A stretch of 63,967 bases of DNA, counting the filler, from Stramenopiles sp. TOSAG23-3 (taxonomy: Eukaryota): assembly GCA_900128585.1 (NCBI GenBank). It is 11 parts of 11 records of this genome, joined end to end, with 100 filler letters (N's around TTAATTAATTAA, not from the genome) between each part and the next. Parts side by side here need not be neighbours in the genome. Positions count along the whole stretch, not along the records: positions 40,845 to 46,560 come from LT643449.1; positions 46,661 to 52,367 come from LT643450.1; 9 more parts are not named here. One strand, 5' to 3'. The notes beneath the pieces are model-generated. The model was not told where the DNA came from and did not search any database. It saw nothing but the letters and a program-made list of their open reading frames with translations. Made by a program: the position numbers and the translations under genes. Below, in pieces: positions 40,745-50,443 of the stretch (its first letter is position 1; each line of letters starts with the position of its first letter).

Positions 40745-40844
40745 NNNNNNNNNNNNNNNNNNNNNNNNNNNNNNNNNNNNNNNNNNNNTTAATTAATTAA
40801 NNNNNNNNNNNNNNNNNNNNNNNNNNNNNNNNNNNNNNNNNNNN
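40745..40844. other. Artificial contig spacer
   Basis: N44-TTAATTAATTAA-N44. Confidence 0.99.
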
Positions 40845-40845
40845 C

Positions 40846-41472
40846 TACACCTACAAGAGCAACAGCATTTTGGGACAGTTGTACAAAACGTACATGCATA
40901 ATTTATCACAGTGGGCGCAATTGAACACGGATCGGGATTTAACATCAAATTCTGGCCATGGCGGTGAATTAGATGAACACTTGATGCGGTACAAAGATAA
41001 TTATTTCAAATCCAATTTTACTAGTGATAAGGAATCGGCTCGTTGGCAGAAAGAAGCGGAAATAAAGAAAGCTGTGGGCGACCGGTACGATCGGTACGTG
41101 CAAGAACTGAATAAATATCGAAACCATAAAAGGCGAAAAGAGTTGTGGTACGACCTTATTAGCAAGCACCACACGCATTTCAAAACTATGTATCCCGAAG
41201 TCAACGAGCGTCGTGTGGCAGCAGTCATTTGCTACGAACTTTTAAAGACTCGAGAGTACACCCGAAATCCCGTAAGGGTTATCAACGCAGGAAAATATTC
41301 CTGGCACGTTTGCAGCGACGAGCTCAATGCCATAAAAGCTGAAGGAATCGGTACTCCGCTCCTTGTGGCACCGCACCTAATACCGTCCTTCATGAAGTCC
41401 TTCCCAAAAAAGAGAAAGGCTGGTTACCTGAAATCATCACGCGTGGAGAAGAAGTCCAGAAGAAGGAGATGA
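40846..41472 (+). CDS. C-terminal part of a cellular RNAi RNA-dependent RNA polymerase (RDR/QDE-1 family), 5'-truncated
   Basis: YKSNSILGQLY (YxSxSILGxLY) and AAVICY...YSWHVCSDELNAIKA motifs. The catalytic DxDGD is not in the window. Confidence 0.7.
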   Translation, partial: YTYKSNSILGQLYKTYMHNLSQWAQLNTDRDLTSNSGHGGELDEHLMRYKDNYFKSNFTSDKESARWQKEAEIKKAVGDRYDRYVQELNKYRNHKRRKELWYDLISKHHTHFKTMYPEVNERRVAAVICYELLKTREYTRNPVRVINAGKYSWHVCSDELNAIKAEGIGTPLLVAPHLIPSFMKSFPKKRKAGYLKSSRVEKKSRRRR

Positions 41473-41990
41473 ACCATATGGTGTAGTAAAAATAACACGG
41501 AGAACAAAGTGAATCAAAAGTACAACTACTACTTCTTTGTGTAAAAAACAAATTGTAAATAATAAATATATATTGTAACACAATCAATAATATTTTATAC
41601 TAATACTTAAAATACTCCTCTCTCCTCTCTTTGGCTCTCTCCCTCTGTGATATTAATAAAAAAAAATCAACCCACAACCCACAACCCACAACCCACAACA
41701 CAACAATCAAAACAGCAGGGACACAGTATTATAATTTTCATTTATCCAATCACATCACAGACCAGAAATGTACCCCTATGATCCTCCTATGATTACATTA
41801 CATTAAATTCATACTTGATACTTCATACAATAATTAATCGTATTATTAATGCTGTTGTATGTTGTGTCCATATTCGTCCTAAAGTGTAACAGACAAATCA
41901 CAAATCACAAATCAATACAAAAAGAAAGGAAAGGAATAGGACATAGGAATAGAAATTGGTAGTCTAATACGATAATAAGTATAATATTGC

Positions 41991-42297
41991 AAGAAGAAAG
42001 AAGAAGAAGAAAGAAGAAAGAAGAAGAACAAGAGGACAATGAAAGAAGAAGAAGAAGAAGAGGACAAAGAAGAAAAGAAGAAAGAAGAAGAACAAGAGGA
42101 CAAAGAAGAAAGAAGAGGACAAAGAAAGAAGAAGAATGAAGAAGAAGAATGAAGAAGAATGAAGAAGAAGAATGAAGAAGAAGAAGAAGAAGAAGAAGAA
42201 GAAGACGAAGAAAGAAGAAGAAGAAGACGAAGAAAGAAGAAGAAGAAGAAGAAGAAGAAAGAAGAAGAAGAAGAAGAGGACAAAAGGAAGAGGAACG
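41991..42297. repeat. (GAA)n-rich microsatellite
   Basis: Long imperfect GAA array with GAGGACAA interruptions. Confidence 0.95.
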
Positions 42298-42652
42298 ACG
42301 ACCTTCTTCTTCTTCTTCTTTTTATTTGTGCGCAAAAATACTATTAACTAACTGGAAGAAACAAACTGGCGATTGGAGACTGGAGACTTGACTCTTTGAA
42401 TAAAAATGAGAAACAATGGTAGGTGTTATCTCTCTGCACATTTTTTCATGAATGTAACGAGATTAAACACATACGCCTACGAGGACAGAACGATTTCGTA
42501 GTTTCTGGATGGCGACTAACGCCGCGGTTGTTTCCAAATGGCGCTTTCAGCCGTAGTCCACTCTCAAAATTTTGTTTGCCGCTGTATGCACTGAACACTT
42601 TCCAAATTGTTTTCAAATTGTTTCAGGGGGTTTTATATAGGTTTTAGTCAAG

Positions 42653-45600
42653 ATGATTGGTGAGTTCCTCTCCACCGTTATTATTATTGCCGCACTGGTT
42701 TTTTTCGCCACCCTTGCGTCGTTTTTCGCCTTGGTCGCTATTCGGAAATATGAGGTAAGTAGGAGGTATGAACGTAAGGTGGAATTGATACGGCGCATCA
42801 GTGTTAGTTCAAGGAAAGCGCGGCGCAATAGCAAGGTTTTATCTACTAAAACACCGTTGTACAGAACACCGTCGATGAACCCATTCCTGAACAAGTCTAA
42901 AGTTCGAGACTTGTCGAAGCGTGCAAAGTTTCGGCGAGCGTTCAAACTCTCCATTGTGATACCCGAAGAGGACAGCGACCAGTCGACTGGCCGGAAAGGC
43001 GCCCACACCAAGGTTGCGTCCCCGGTGCCGCTGTGGTCGCCTTCAACGTTAGAGATAGCCCTGCGCAAGGTTGTGAAGGACAACTTTGCGTCCGACAGTT
43101 TTTTTGCAAAGTCCCCGAAACATGGGTCCCCGAAGGCTAAAGGTGGCAAAGTCTTCTTTCCAGACTCGCCGAAATATTTTATCAAAGGCCCAGACGGGGA
43201 CGCCTGGACCTCCAAGGACATGGACGCCTCCCTCAATGACGGCCTGGGGAGGACCAACGTTGCGACTGGGAGAAACAGCCAGGACAAGGACAACGAGACT
43301 ACATTTTACTCACGCTACCGAACCTTGGGCACGTGGATGCTCGAAACCTGCAGCATGGCAGAGCCGGTGGCAACAAAGTGGTCCACCGCTTCGTTCACAA
43401 TAAAATGGGACCAGACTATTATCTCTGGGGAAACGACTGTGCTGGAATATGACCTGCAATGCAGGGTGAAAAATAAGAACAGCCTGGAATCCCTGGAGGA
43501 AGGATACAACAGCGAAAGCAGCGACGGGGACTTTAAAACAGAAAGTATTTGGGTGGATCCAAGGGGGCACAAGAGCAAGCGCGTGTTCTTCGAGTGCCGG
43601 AACAGTTTCAAGTCCATTCCACGGGCGGCATTTGACGGGGACCTCGATAAGGTGGTGATCCAGGGGTTGAGCGAACACTCCCAAGGCCTTCAATTCCGAG
43701 TTAGAATGAAAGGATTTGCTGGCTGGGGGCCATTCAGTAGGCCAAGCGCCGTGCTGTTCCCACTGCCATCGTCAACGTTTGCCCCTGATACCGGAGCAAT
43801 TACGTCCCGGGGCATCGAAGTGCGCTGGCAGCCTTTGAAAGATCTTAGGTATGGAAAAACCATTCGGTACACGTTGAGTGGCAAGCAGGCCGGGGATGAC
43901 ACTTTCTGTACGATTTTCATCGGGCGGGGAACGGTCTGCGTTGTCCAGGCCCTTGGAAACAAGGCCCTTATCCCAAACACGACATATGTCTTTAAGCTGT
44001 TGATAAAAACAGAGGGCGGAGACGTCAATAGCAAGTTGCTTCCTGTCACGACGTTCGCTGCCGCTCCAGAGCCGCCCATTTCCCCTGTGGTCGGAACGGT
44101 GACGTCTAGCTCGGTCCACCTGTCTTGGTTTCCCCCGTGTGATAATGGGGCGCCCATTATTCGGTACGTGCTGTACGGGCGCAGGCAACGTTCAAATAGG
44201 TTCAAACGACTGTACACCGGCAACGAGTCGGAATACAACATTGGCGGCAGCCATGGTCAAGGGCAGCTGGCCCCTGACACGGTGTACATCTTCAAACTTA
44301 AAGCCACGAATGTCCACGGGGACAGCCCCACCAGTGCGACGGTGAGCGTGACGACCTTGTCCTTGACCGTATCGCCTGAGCGAGGAGCTGGGGACGGTAG
44401 CGGTCCCAATTCTCCCATTTTAAGTTCTCCCGTGGCTTTAGGCCGGCGCAGGTCATCGGCTGGTGGCCCGCAGGGGCGTCGTGATTCATTTATTACCACC
44501 AGCATCCCGACAATAGACTCTGTCAGTCCAGGTGGACAGCAGGTCGCAAGAAGGAACTCCGTCACGTCGCCTACCGTGTCGACAGCCCCCGCGCGGGTAT
44601 CGGAGCTGCCCAACGGGTGGGTAGAGTGCTGGGACCCGCAGCGCGAGAACTGCTACTATTACAATAGCATGACCGGCATCACCCAGTGGATGCACCCGAC
44701 GAAAGGAGACTCGACCGACCCGGAGTTACCGTTTCGAAAGAAACGGTTCAAGCTGCTTTACTCGTTGCGCGAGCGGGACTGGCCCAAAGGCGGGAGAAAG
44801 ATTATAAAGATTACGCTCCGTCGGCAGCACTTGGTCCAGGACTCATTCCAGGCCCTCGAGCGGCTTGGCGTGGAGAAGCTGAAATTGAAGACAAAAATTG
44901 TGTTCGAAGGCGAAGACGGGATCGACTCGGGCGGCCTTACAAAGGATTGGTTCCTCCAATTGTCTCGGGGTTTATTCAACCCTCAGTTCTGTTTGCTGAA
45001 ACAGCACGAATCGAAAGTGTACCACATCGACAGTCGCTCGGGCATCAACGAGGAGCATCTGAAGTATTTTCATTTTTTTGGAAACTTCTTGGCGAAAGCA
45101 ATCTACGACCGGCAGCTTGTTGACGTCCCGTTTTGCAAAATGATCTACAAACACCTGCTTGGCCTCCCCGCGACGCTTGGCGACCTTGCCGATATCGACC
45201 CGGTCTACCACACAAGTCTGAAGTGGATGTTGAACAACGACATTGACGGAATAATCGACGAGACGTTTTCCATCACCGTGGACAATTTTGGGGAACGCAT
45301 TACGGTGGACTTGAAAAAGGGCGGGCGCAACATCGAAGTAACGGACAAGAACAAGGGTAGCTACGTCCAAGCCGTTGTGAATTGGCAGATGGGAGGGGCG
45401 ATGAAGTTACAAATTGACAACCTCAGGAAAGGCTTCTATGAGATCGTCCCGATCCATGAAATTGCCGACTTCACGCCAGACGAGCTAAGTCTGCTGTTGA
45501 ATGGCAAACATGACATTGACGTCAATGAAATGGCAAGCCAGTCCAAGTACACTGGAGGTTACGACAAAAATAGCACAACGATACAGTTCTTCTGGGTAGC

Positions 45601-45850
45601 GGTAAAGTCCTTTTCCAAGGAAGAGAGGGGGAAACTCCTACAATTCGCAACTGGCACAAGCAGGGCACCATTGGATGGTTTTGACCCAGCATTTACTGTC
45701 ACGCGCGCGGAAGGGGTAGATGAGAACGCCCTTCCAACTGCACATACCTGCTTCAATCAACTCGTCCTGCCCGAGTACAAATCAGTTGAAACGCTCATGG
45801 CAAAATTGCGGTATGCTTTTGACAGCAGTGAAGGGTTTATGCTGACTTGA
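42653..45850 (+). CDS. Membrane-anchored FN3 - WW - HECT E3 ubiquitin ligase
   Basis: N-terminal TM; three FN3-like units (FRVRMKGFAGWGPFS, YIFKLKATNVHGDS); WW LPNGWVECWD...YYYNSMTGITQWMHP; HECT FEGEDGIDSGGLTKDWF...LLQFATG...LPTAHTCFNQL. Confidence 0.93.
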   Translation: MIGEFLSTVIIIAALVFFATLASFFALVAIRKYEVSRRYERKVELIRRISVSSRKARRNSKVLSTKTPLYRTPSMNPFLNKSKVRDLSKRAKFRRAFKLSIVIPEEDSDQSTGRKGAHTKVASPVPLWSPSTLEIALRKVVKDNFASDSFFAKSPKHGSPKAKGGKVFFPDSPKYFIKGPDGDAWTSKDMDASLNDGLGRTNVATGRNSQDKDNETTFYSRYRTLGTWMLETCSMAEPVATKWSTASFTIKWDQTIISGETTVLEYDLQCRVKNKNSLESLEEGYNSESSDGDFKTESIWVDPRGHKSKRVFFECRNSFKSIPRAAFDGDLDKVVIQGLSEHSQGLQFRVRMKGFAGWGPFSRPSAVLFPLPSSTFAPDTGAITSRGIEVRWQPLKDLRYGKTIRYTLSGKQAGDDTFCTIFIGRGTVCVVQALGNKALIPNTTYVFKLLIKTEGGDVNSKLLPVTTFAAAPEPPISPVVGTVTSSSVHLSWFPPCDNGAPIIRYVLYGRRQRSNRFKRLYTGNESEYNIGGSHGQGQLAPDTVYIFKLKATNVHGDSPTSATVSVTTLSLTVSPERGAGDGSGPNSPILSSPVALGRRRSSAGGPQGRRDSFITTSIPTIDSVSPGGQQVARRNSVTSPTVSTAPARVSELPNGWVECWDPQRENCYYYNSMTGITQWMHPTKGDSTDPELPFRKKRFKLLYSLRERDWPKGGRKIIKITLRRQHLVQDSFQALERLGVEKLKLKTKIVFEGEDGIDSGGLTKDWFLQLSRGLFNPQFCLLKQHESKVYHIDSRSGINEEHLKYFHFFGNFLAKAIYDRQLVDVPFCKMIYKHLLGLPATLGDLADIDPVYHTSLKWMLNNDIDGIIDETFSITVDNFGERITVDLKKGGRNIEVTDKNKGSYVQAVVNWQMGGAMKLQIDNLRKGFYEIVPIHEIADFTPDELSLLLNGKHDIDVNEMASQSKYTGGYDKNSTTIQFFWVAVKSFSKEERGKLLQFATGTSRAPLDGFDPAFTVTRAEGVDENALPTAHTCFNQLVLPEYKSVETLMAKLRYAFDSSEGFMLT

Positions 45851-45855
45851 GGAGT

Positions 45856-45947
45856 TGCACATACCTGTTTCAATCAACTCGTCCTGCCCGAGTACAAATC
45901 AGTTGAAACGCTCATGTGGCAAAATTGCTGACTTGATTGAGGAGTTG
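45856..45947 (+). repeat. Rearranged tandem copy of the HECT gene 3' end (45739-45857)
   Basis: Near-identical copy with one substitution, a TG duplication, a TTGA duplication and an internal deletion. Confidence 0.9.
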
Positions 45948-46318
45948 AAGAGAGCAAGAGAGCTGAGGAGAGCTTTCTTCTTTCTTTCTTCCATCTTAAT
46001 AGTAAATTCCCTATGTATATTTAGAATTAGAATACATTATCAATTTTACAAGTACATATTATATAGTTTTTCTTCTCTTCGCGTCTTTCGCGTCGTCGTG
46101 TCGTTTCTTTCTTCTTGTTTTTTGTTCTCCTCTAAACTAAACACGTTCACTGATCAAGATTAATGAAAGTGAATGGCAATGAAAATTTGTCCAAGTTGTT
46201 TATTCACAACCACAAAATTTTAATAACCCATAGACCAATATCGAGCCTTGATCCATGATCTGTAGTTATTTGGCATTTGTACAAGATGGATTGCGGTGAA
46301 AGAGATGGCTTTCGCGGG

Positions 46319-46560
46319 ATGCGAGTCCGTGCCCTATTGTTTTTTATTGTACTTGTAACATTGGCTCATGATGGTCTTGGTTTGGATCAATTAGGCTCCG
46401 AAAAACTTTTAATCTTTTCCCAGAACCTTGATAAAGTTGTTGATAATAACGCATTGCTGGAAGAGATAAAGTCCGTTGATGCTGACGTAGTAATTCTTCA
46501 TGGGCATGCTCTGGGGTCGCCCGGGGGATTTTTCGAATCACTGGTTACGCACCAGTACTT
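46319..46560 (+). CDS. 5' end of a secreted protein, possibly EEP (endonuclease/exonuclease/phosphatase) fold
   Basis: Signal-like MRVRALLFFIVLVTLA, then LLIFSQNL...EEIKSVDADVVIL; truncated by the spacer. Confidence 0.45.
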
Positions 46561-46660
46561 NNNNNNNNNNNNNNNNNNNNNNNNNNNNNNNNNNNNNNNN
46601 NNNNTTAATTAATTAANNNNNNNNNNNNNNNNNNNNNNNNNNNNNNNNNNNNNNNNNNNN
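46561..46660. other. Artificial contig spacer
   Basis: N44-TTAATTAATTAA-N44. Confidence 0.99.
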
Positions 46661-46941
46661 TCCAGCAAAATAACCGAAGCGTTTGTCTTTGACAATTCCC
46701 TGGCAATGGCAGAACCGATACAGCCAGCGCCAATAATAGCAATGTCATAGCTGCCATCGCTCCTCGCCGACGTATTCCTCGAGCGGGAACGTGGACAGGT
46801 TGCGCAGTTCTTGCTGCAACGCTTATGGCTCCCGTTCGATATGTTAAACTTGTCCGCACACTCTTCTATGTTTACCCAGTCCCCGGCAACAAAAGCCCCT
46901 TTGGAGCCGTGAACGTTCGAATTTCGAGCTTGGCCTGGCAT
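46661..46941 (-). CDS. 5' end of an FAD-dependent oxidoreductase (DAO/LhgO-like)
   Basis: YDIAIIGAGCIGSAIARELSK Rossmann motif; truncated. Confidence 0.8.
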
Positions 46942-47665
46942 ATTTTTTCCTAAACGAAGAACGTGGTATTGACGTGGTGGTGGTTACAAATCAAACGTTT
47001 CGATTCGAGTAAATTTCGAAGTTGGTTCAAATCAATGAGAATTGAATCTTTTTTTGTTCGCGCTGTCAAACGGAACGACCCCACATCATTCAGCATTTAG
47101 ATGTTTCACAACATCCAATCCATCATGCACATATCTGTAATAAAAGAGCTAATAAATGCGAAAAGAAGAGAAAAGAAGAAGAATTAATATTTCAACGAAT
47201 GGTCAAAAAATGTCAATTGTGTGTTGTTGTGGTGTGTATTATTTTAAATAATTAATTTAATAAATTTTTCGCCAATAATAATAATAATTCTTCTTCTTTC
47301 TTTCTTCTTCTTTCTCCTCAGGTTCTTGTTAGCTATATAAGAAGAACGTCATTTTCTTTTATCGATGACGTACTTCTTTCTTATTACCTTGGTATTTTAT
47401 AGAATTAAATTAATTTTAATTCCGCCGCCGTGGTGGTGGCAACGAACGGGCAAAACAGGCAGGCACCGACCGAACCAACCCATATTTTTTTTTTTTAAGT
47501 TGTTCTTGTTATGAATAATAATTTTATACCCCATCTCCCTCTCTAGACAACGAATTAAGGCAATATTGTATATATACTGTTATGTGCTATTGCTTTTCCT
47601 CCTTTTCTTCCTTGTTCTTTGTTACACAACTACAAAACCCTTTCTTCTATGATTGCTCTTTTTTT

Positions 47666-49411
47666 TTACCCAGGCGTCGTCCTCTTTTTGGGAAGTATTC
47701 GTGCGGGTCGACCTTTGAAATACTCCCGGGCCAGGCTTTCCTTGTCGGCGCATATGACTTTGTCGCTCTCGATCAATGCATCGTACTTTCCATTCAAACT
47801 GAAGCGACCGCCCTTTCCATCCTGTATGTAATTGCTGACGCTTGTAAAGCTCTTGTTCGAGGGCCGTGTCGTCAAATCCATGTAAAACCATACCCTGACC
47901 CAAAACTCTACGTTTTCGTAGTTTTCAGAGAAAAAGGTGTCCCGCGTGATGATAATGGAATTTTTCCAAGACCCATACACGACACCGCCATTGCTGCACC
48001 ATTGGCTGAAAAACTGGTTCCACTGGGACGCCAAAAACTTTGAGTACTGCACAAACGTTTCTAGGCCCTCCAAAATAGCTGGGTTGAAACTCGTAATTTG
48101 AGGGATCAAAACGTCCCGCATCTTCCCCCTGTTGGACCAGGCCGGGGTTGAATCTTGTAGGTACGGGATTTCGAGCCCGTCGGCGTACTTAAAAATGTGC
48201 TCCTTGTCCAGCCGCAGCAACGGCCGAAGGAGCACGATGCCGTCCTCCACGCTGTGCTTTGGCATCGCTACGAGATCGTCGAAATGTATCTTCCGAGATA
48301 GGTTGGAAAAAATGTTCTCATAACAATCGTTTCGGTTGTGGCCTAGTACAATCGGACAGTTAAAGTATTTGTAGAAACTGAACCGAATTTTTCGAGTGCA
48401 CTCTTCGTACAAGGCACGAAAAGAGCTGTTCCGCTGCCGCTTGATTTCGTCGATTGTTCGAACGTACAACGGCGCGCCCAGCTCCCTTGCCCACCACTTC
48501 AACAGCAAAACTTCTTTATCGACGCAGGAGCGGTTGTTGTAGCAAATGTGGAGCAGGACCATCGTTTTCCCGTTCAATCTGCACCATTCTTGGACAAAAA
48601 AGCTGCAAAGCATTGAGTCCACCCCTCCTGAAATGCTGATGGCGACCTTGTCCGAGGATTTGCAGTGAACGGATACTTCGTCGAAGCCTTTCAACAACGA
48701 GGCCACGGTTGCCCTTTTCGAACCGTCGTCTGTGCCAAAGGGGCGGTGAAACGGCGGTTCCAAAATGTCCTGGAAGCCCGTCTTGGCCGTTGCCCCCGAC
48801 ACGTCTTCTTCGCGATACCCGATGCTTGACTTGCACGCGTTTACATCCAGAATCGTTGCCTTCAAAAACCGCATGTACAGTTTGTGGCCTGGGCCCAGGG
48901 TCGCCTCGTCAGGGCGGTCGCCATTGCCCCCGCCATTGCAGTTTAAAATGCCCCTTAACTTTTTCAGCACAAACTCCTTCATTTTCAGCGATTTGTTGTG
49001 TCTTAGGGTCAGCAGGACAAACACTTTCTGCCACGCTTCGCAGGATGCGAACTGGTCGCAGTGGATGACGTGCAGGGCTAGAAAGCTCGCAAAGCGGAAC
49101 GCTACAGGCTTGTTCCTTTCCAACACTTTTCCGTCTGGGCTCGGGTGACGGAAGATCTGGTCATAGTGTAATATTAGAGACATGTTTGTCTGCAAATCGT
49201 TCGAGTACCGAATGTATTTCACAGGGAAATCCTCAACCGGCTTATGACTGAACCACATCGACTTATTCTTCGCCCAGAAGGAAATTATATTGTCAAGCAC
49301 CATGATTGAATCTGCGCACTGCTCTGGAAACCGGGCTGCGTGCACAATGACGTAAAAATCTTGCAAACACCCATGATGCCCCAAAGTCGACGATTCACCG
49401 CTTCCTTCCAT
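47666..49411 (-). CDS. TilS-like PP-loop ATPase with N-terminal DUF924-like helical domain
   Basis: ISISGGVDSM, HICYNNR, LGHNRNDCYEN, LLRPLL..K and IPYLQDSTPAWSNRGKMRD; N-terminal IISFW...WF...YDQIFRH. Confidence 0.82.
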   Translation of the reverse strand: MEGSGESSTLGHHGCLQDFYVIVHAARFPEQCADSIMVLDNIISFWAKNKSMWFSHKPVEDFPVKYIRYSNDLQTNMSLILHYDQIFRHPSPDGKVLERNKPVAFRFASFLALHVIHCDQFASCEAWQKVFVLLTLRHNKSLKMKEFVLKKLRGILNCNGGGNGDRPDEATLGPGHKLYMRFLKATILDVNACKSSIGYREEDVSGATAKTGFQDILEPPFHRPFGTDDGSKRATVASLLKGFDEVSVHCKSSDKVAISISGGVDSMLCSFFVQEWCRLNGKTMVLLHICYNNRSCVDKEVLLLKWWARELGAPLYVRTIDEIKRQRNSSFRALYEECTRKIRFSFYKYFNCPIVLGHNRNDCYENIFSNLSRKIHFDDLVAMPKHSVEDGIVLLRPLLRLDKEHIFKYADGLEIPYLQDSTPAWSNRGKMRDVLIPQITSFNPAILEGLETFVQYSKFLASQWNQFFSQWCSNGGVVYGSWKNSIIITRDTFFSENYENVEFWVRVWFYMDLTTRPSNKSFTSVSNYIQDGKGGRFSLNGKYDALIESDKVICADKESLAREYFKGRPARILPKKRTTPG

Positions 49412-50025
49412 CACCGAAACGAAACCAAACCAAGTGTGATAAATCCCTCACATGTAATTGAACTATCACACAAAAAAATGGTTAACTAAAGTAAGAACCA
49501 CACTACACAAATATTTATTTTTACGTTCGGGTTGGTCAATAGTTCTACGTATGTACAATTTGTATTGGGTCAGGCATCGAGGAAAGAAAGAAGCAAGTAT
49601 TATTTTTGAATGTTTTATTATCTTGCTCGACGACAGGGTTATGTGCCATGATCGTGAAAATAATCCAAAGGACTTTAAGATAAGGCGCGTCTGTTCGGTA
49701 GTAATGACACATGTCCTTTCAGGAATAAATACTTTATCACTTCTTCGTCGTGAATGAATCAAATATTGTTTTGTGTGATGAATTACAGTATCTTTTATAT
49801 TATTATTAAAAAATATTTTATAAGGAAGGAGGGGGAGGGGGGAGCGCCGCGCCTTCTTTCTACATTAACCTTAATCTTAACTCTAATCATATTATCAATT
49901 TACGAACCGTTATGGTAAAAAGGTATTCTGTTTCCCAATACCATTAATAGTATTCTAATATGAAATAACTTCCTATATAAACTTCAAGACTCGAATTTAA
50001 ATCCATCGGTTAGGTTTTTATATAC

Positions 50026-50164
50026 TTTTTTTCTTTCTTTTTTCTTCACTTCTCTTTCTTTCTTCACTTCTCTTTCTTTCTTTCTTCTCTTTCTTTTCTT
50101 CACTTTCCTTCTTTTCCTTCTTTCTTCTCTTTCTTCTCTTTCTTCTCTTTCTTTCTTCTTTCTT
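50026..50164. repeat. CT-rich (TTC/TTTC) microsatellite
   Basis: Pyrimidine tract of TTCTC/TTTC units. Confidence 0.9.
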
Positions 50165-50443
50165 ATTAGTTAGCCTTCAAGAAGGATCATAAATAGAAAT
50201 AACTAGACTAACGGAATAGATTGGTAACATTGTATAGCATCTAAAATATAATTATATAGGTATAATTATAAGTACATATATGTATATACTTTTAAAAATG
50301 ATGTGAAGAATAGAAGTACCGTAACGGAAGAAACGGTCTTATAGTATTCCTATATAAATATATTATTAAATTAAAAAAAAAATGTAGGAGGAGGAGGTAG
50401 GATGGAGTACGCTCCCCTCCCTTTATTTAAACAATTATAATAA

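Noticed and set aside
31457-41472. Defence island of NLR, SAM protein and RdRP
   Set aside because: The genes lie on three different contigs that are adjacent only because of length sorting.
41668-41700. (CAACCCA)n as a telomeric repeat
   Set aside because: Only about four internal copies, grading into CAA microsatellite and not at a contig end.
41912-42347. Poly-F/S/E/K ORFs in the track
   Set aside because: Translations of a GAA microsatellite; the same applies to ORFs at 58213-58905.
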